Shown here: piece by piece, positions 7,340 to 7,592 of the stretch
How positions within the stretch are numbered: position 1 is the first letter of the stretch
How the letters are laid out: every line of letters begins with the position of its first letter
Source: Candidatus Heimdallarchaeota archaeon
GTDB lineage: Archaea; Asgardarchaeota; Heimdallarchaeia; Heimdallarchaeales; Heimdallarchaeaceae
NCBI GenBank assembly: GCA_030668875.1
Contig: DAOVER010000091.1
Location: 1-7,592 of the forward strand
Direction of reading: 5' to 3'
DNA: 7,592 nt
Notes under the pieces: generated by a model
The model's database searches: none
What the model was told of the DNA's origin: nothing
What the model saw: the letters and a program-made list of their open reading frames with translations, nothing else
Made by a program: the position numbers and the translations under genes

Positions 7340-7592
7340 GCACGTTATGAAACTTGGTTAAACTTGCCAGAGGCGGTTTAACCGTCGTTTAAGTGGGTCC
7401 CCTCACGTGCGTTGAGGGGAAGAATCATGAGGTTCATGATTGGGGAAGGAAGGAAGGGAGTGCGCATTTACTCCGCCAACATTCCTGCCATTGCGCTTCG
7501 TGCTGTATGGTTCAAGCTTTATTAACTGAGGGACAAGTGTTCAAACACTTGCGAACCATAAATATGGCGAGTTTTCGCCAAGCACTACCCAT
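7337..7592. ncRNA. Highly structured non-coding segment, probable end of a mobile element (omega-RNA/bridge-RNA/intron-like); runs off the window
   Basis: GC 104/212 (~49%) over 7381-7592 versus 37/120 (~31%) over 7201-7320. Perfect stems: 7356-7363/7376-7383, 7398-7404/7414-7420, 7423-7430/7434-7441, 7457-7461/7470-7474, 7506-7513/7553-7560, 7534-7540/7545-7551, 7565-7570/7575-7580, 7500-7504/7581-7585. No convincing ORF. Confidence 0.6.

Noticed and set aside
7339-7350. Minus strand ...CATAAC|GTGCG resembling group II intron 3' (AY) and 5' (GUGCG) ends
   Set aside because: No domain V/VI upstream, and the sequence after GTGCG is protein-coding, not domain I.
7317-7360. Repeated ATGAAACT (7317, 7347) and plus-strand mini-ORF MKLLLTVTHVMKLG
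   Set aside because: An 8-bp AT-rich repeat is expected by chance; it is not arranged as a target duplication around a complete element.
7512-7592. Short minus-strand frame MGSAWRKLAIFMVRKCLNTCPSVNKA* as a possible TnpB C-terminus
   Set aside because: No CxxC zinc-finger or RDxNAAxN motif visible; too short to call, and may continue outside the window.
1-7592. CRISPR array, tRNA/rRNA, DGR template/variable repeats, alternative genetic code
   Set aside because: No regularly spaced repeats, RNA gene signatures or long near-duplicate segments seen; TGA terminates four genes normally.

Overview
AT-rich (roughly 31-33% GC in sampled lines) accessory region, probably archaeal (TATA/BRE-like boxes, AGGTG-type SD motifs, GTG/TTG starts; inference only), bounded by two GC-richer inserts. 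Left (1-~640): the 5' part of an IS5-like DDE transposase on the minus strand, missed by the ORF track, whose apparent end lies about 5 bp from the next start codon. Middle: a gene encoding a signal peptide, a clan-CD (caspase/gingipain-fold, HG...SC) protease domain and a hydrophobic multi-helix C-terminus, followed by a ~6-TM membrane protein (candidate toxin/immunity pair); an alpha/alpha-toroid gene split by one in-frame TGA; a type VII MntA-HepT toxin-antitoxin pair; and a large beta-rich gene. Right: that large frame stays open, with no start codon, up to ~7340, where it meets a ~250 nt, ~49% GC, densely hairpinned non-coding segment. One hairpin's 9-nt loop is perfectly complementary to the apparent insert/host junction. 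This is the best candidate for an RNA-guided or self-splicing mobile element, but the element's ORF is outside the window, so its family cannot be assigned.
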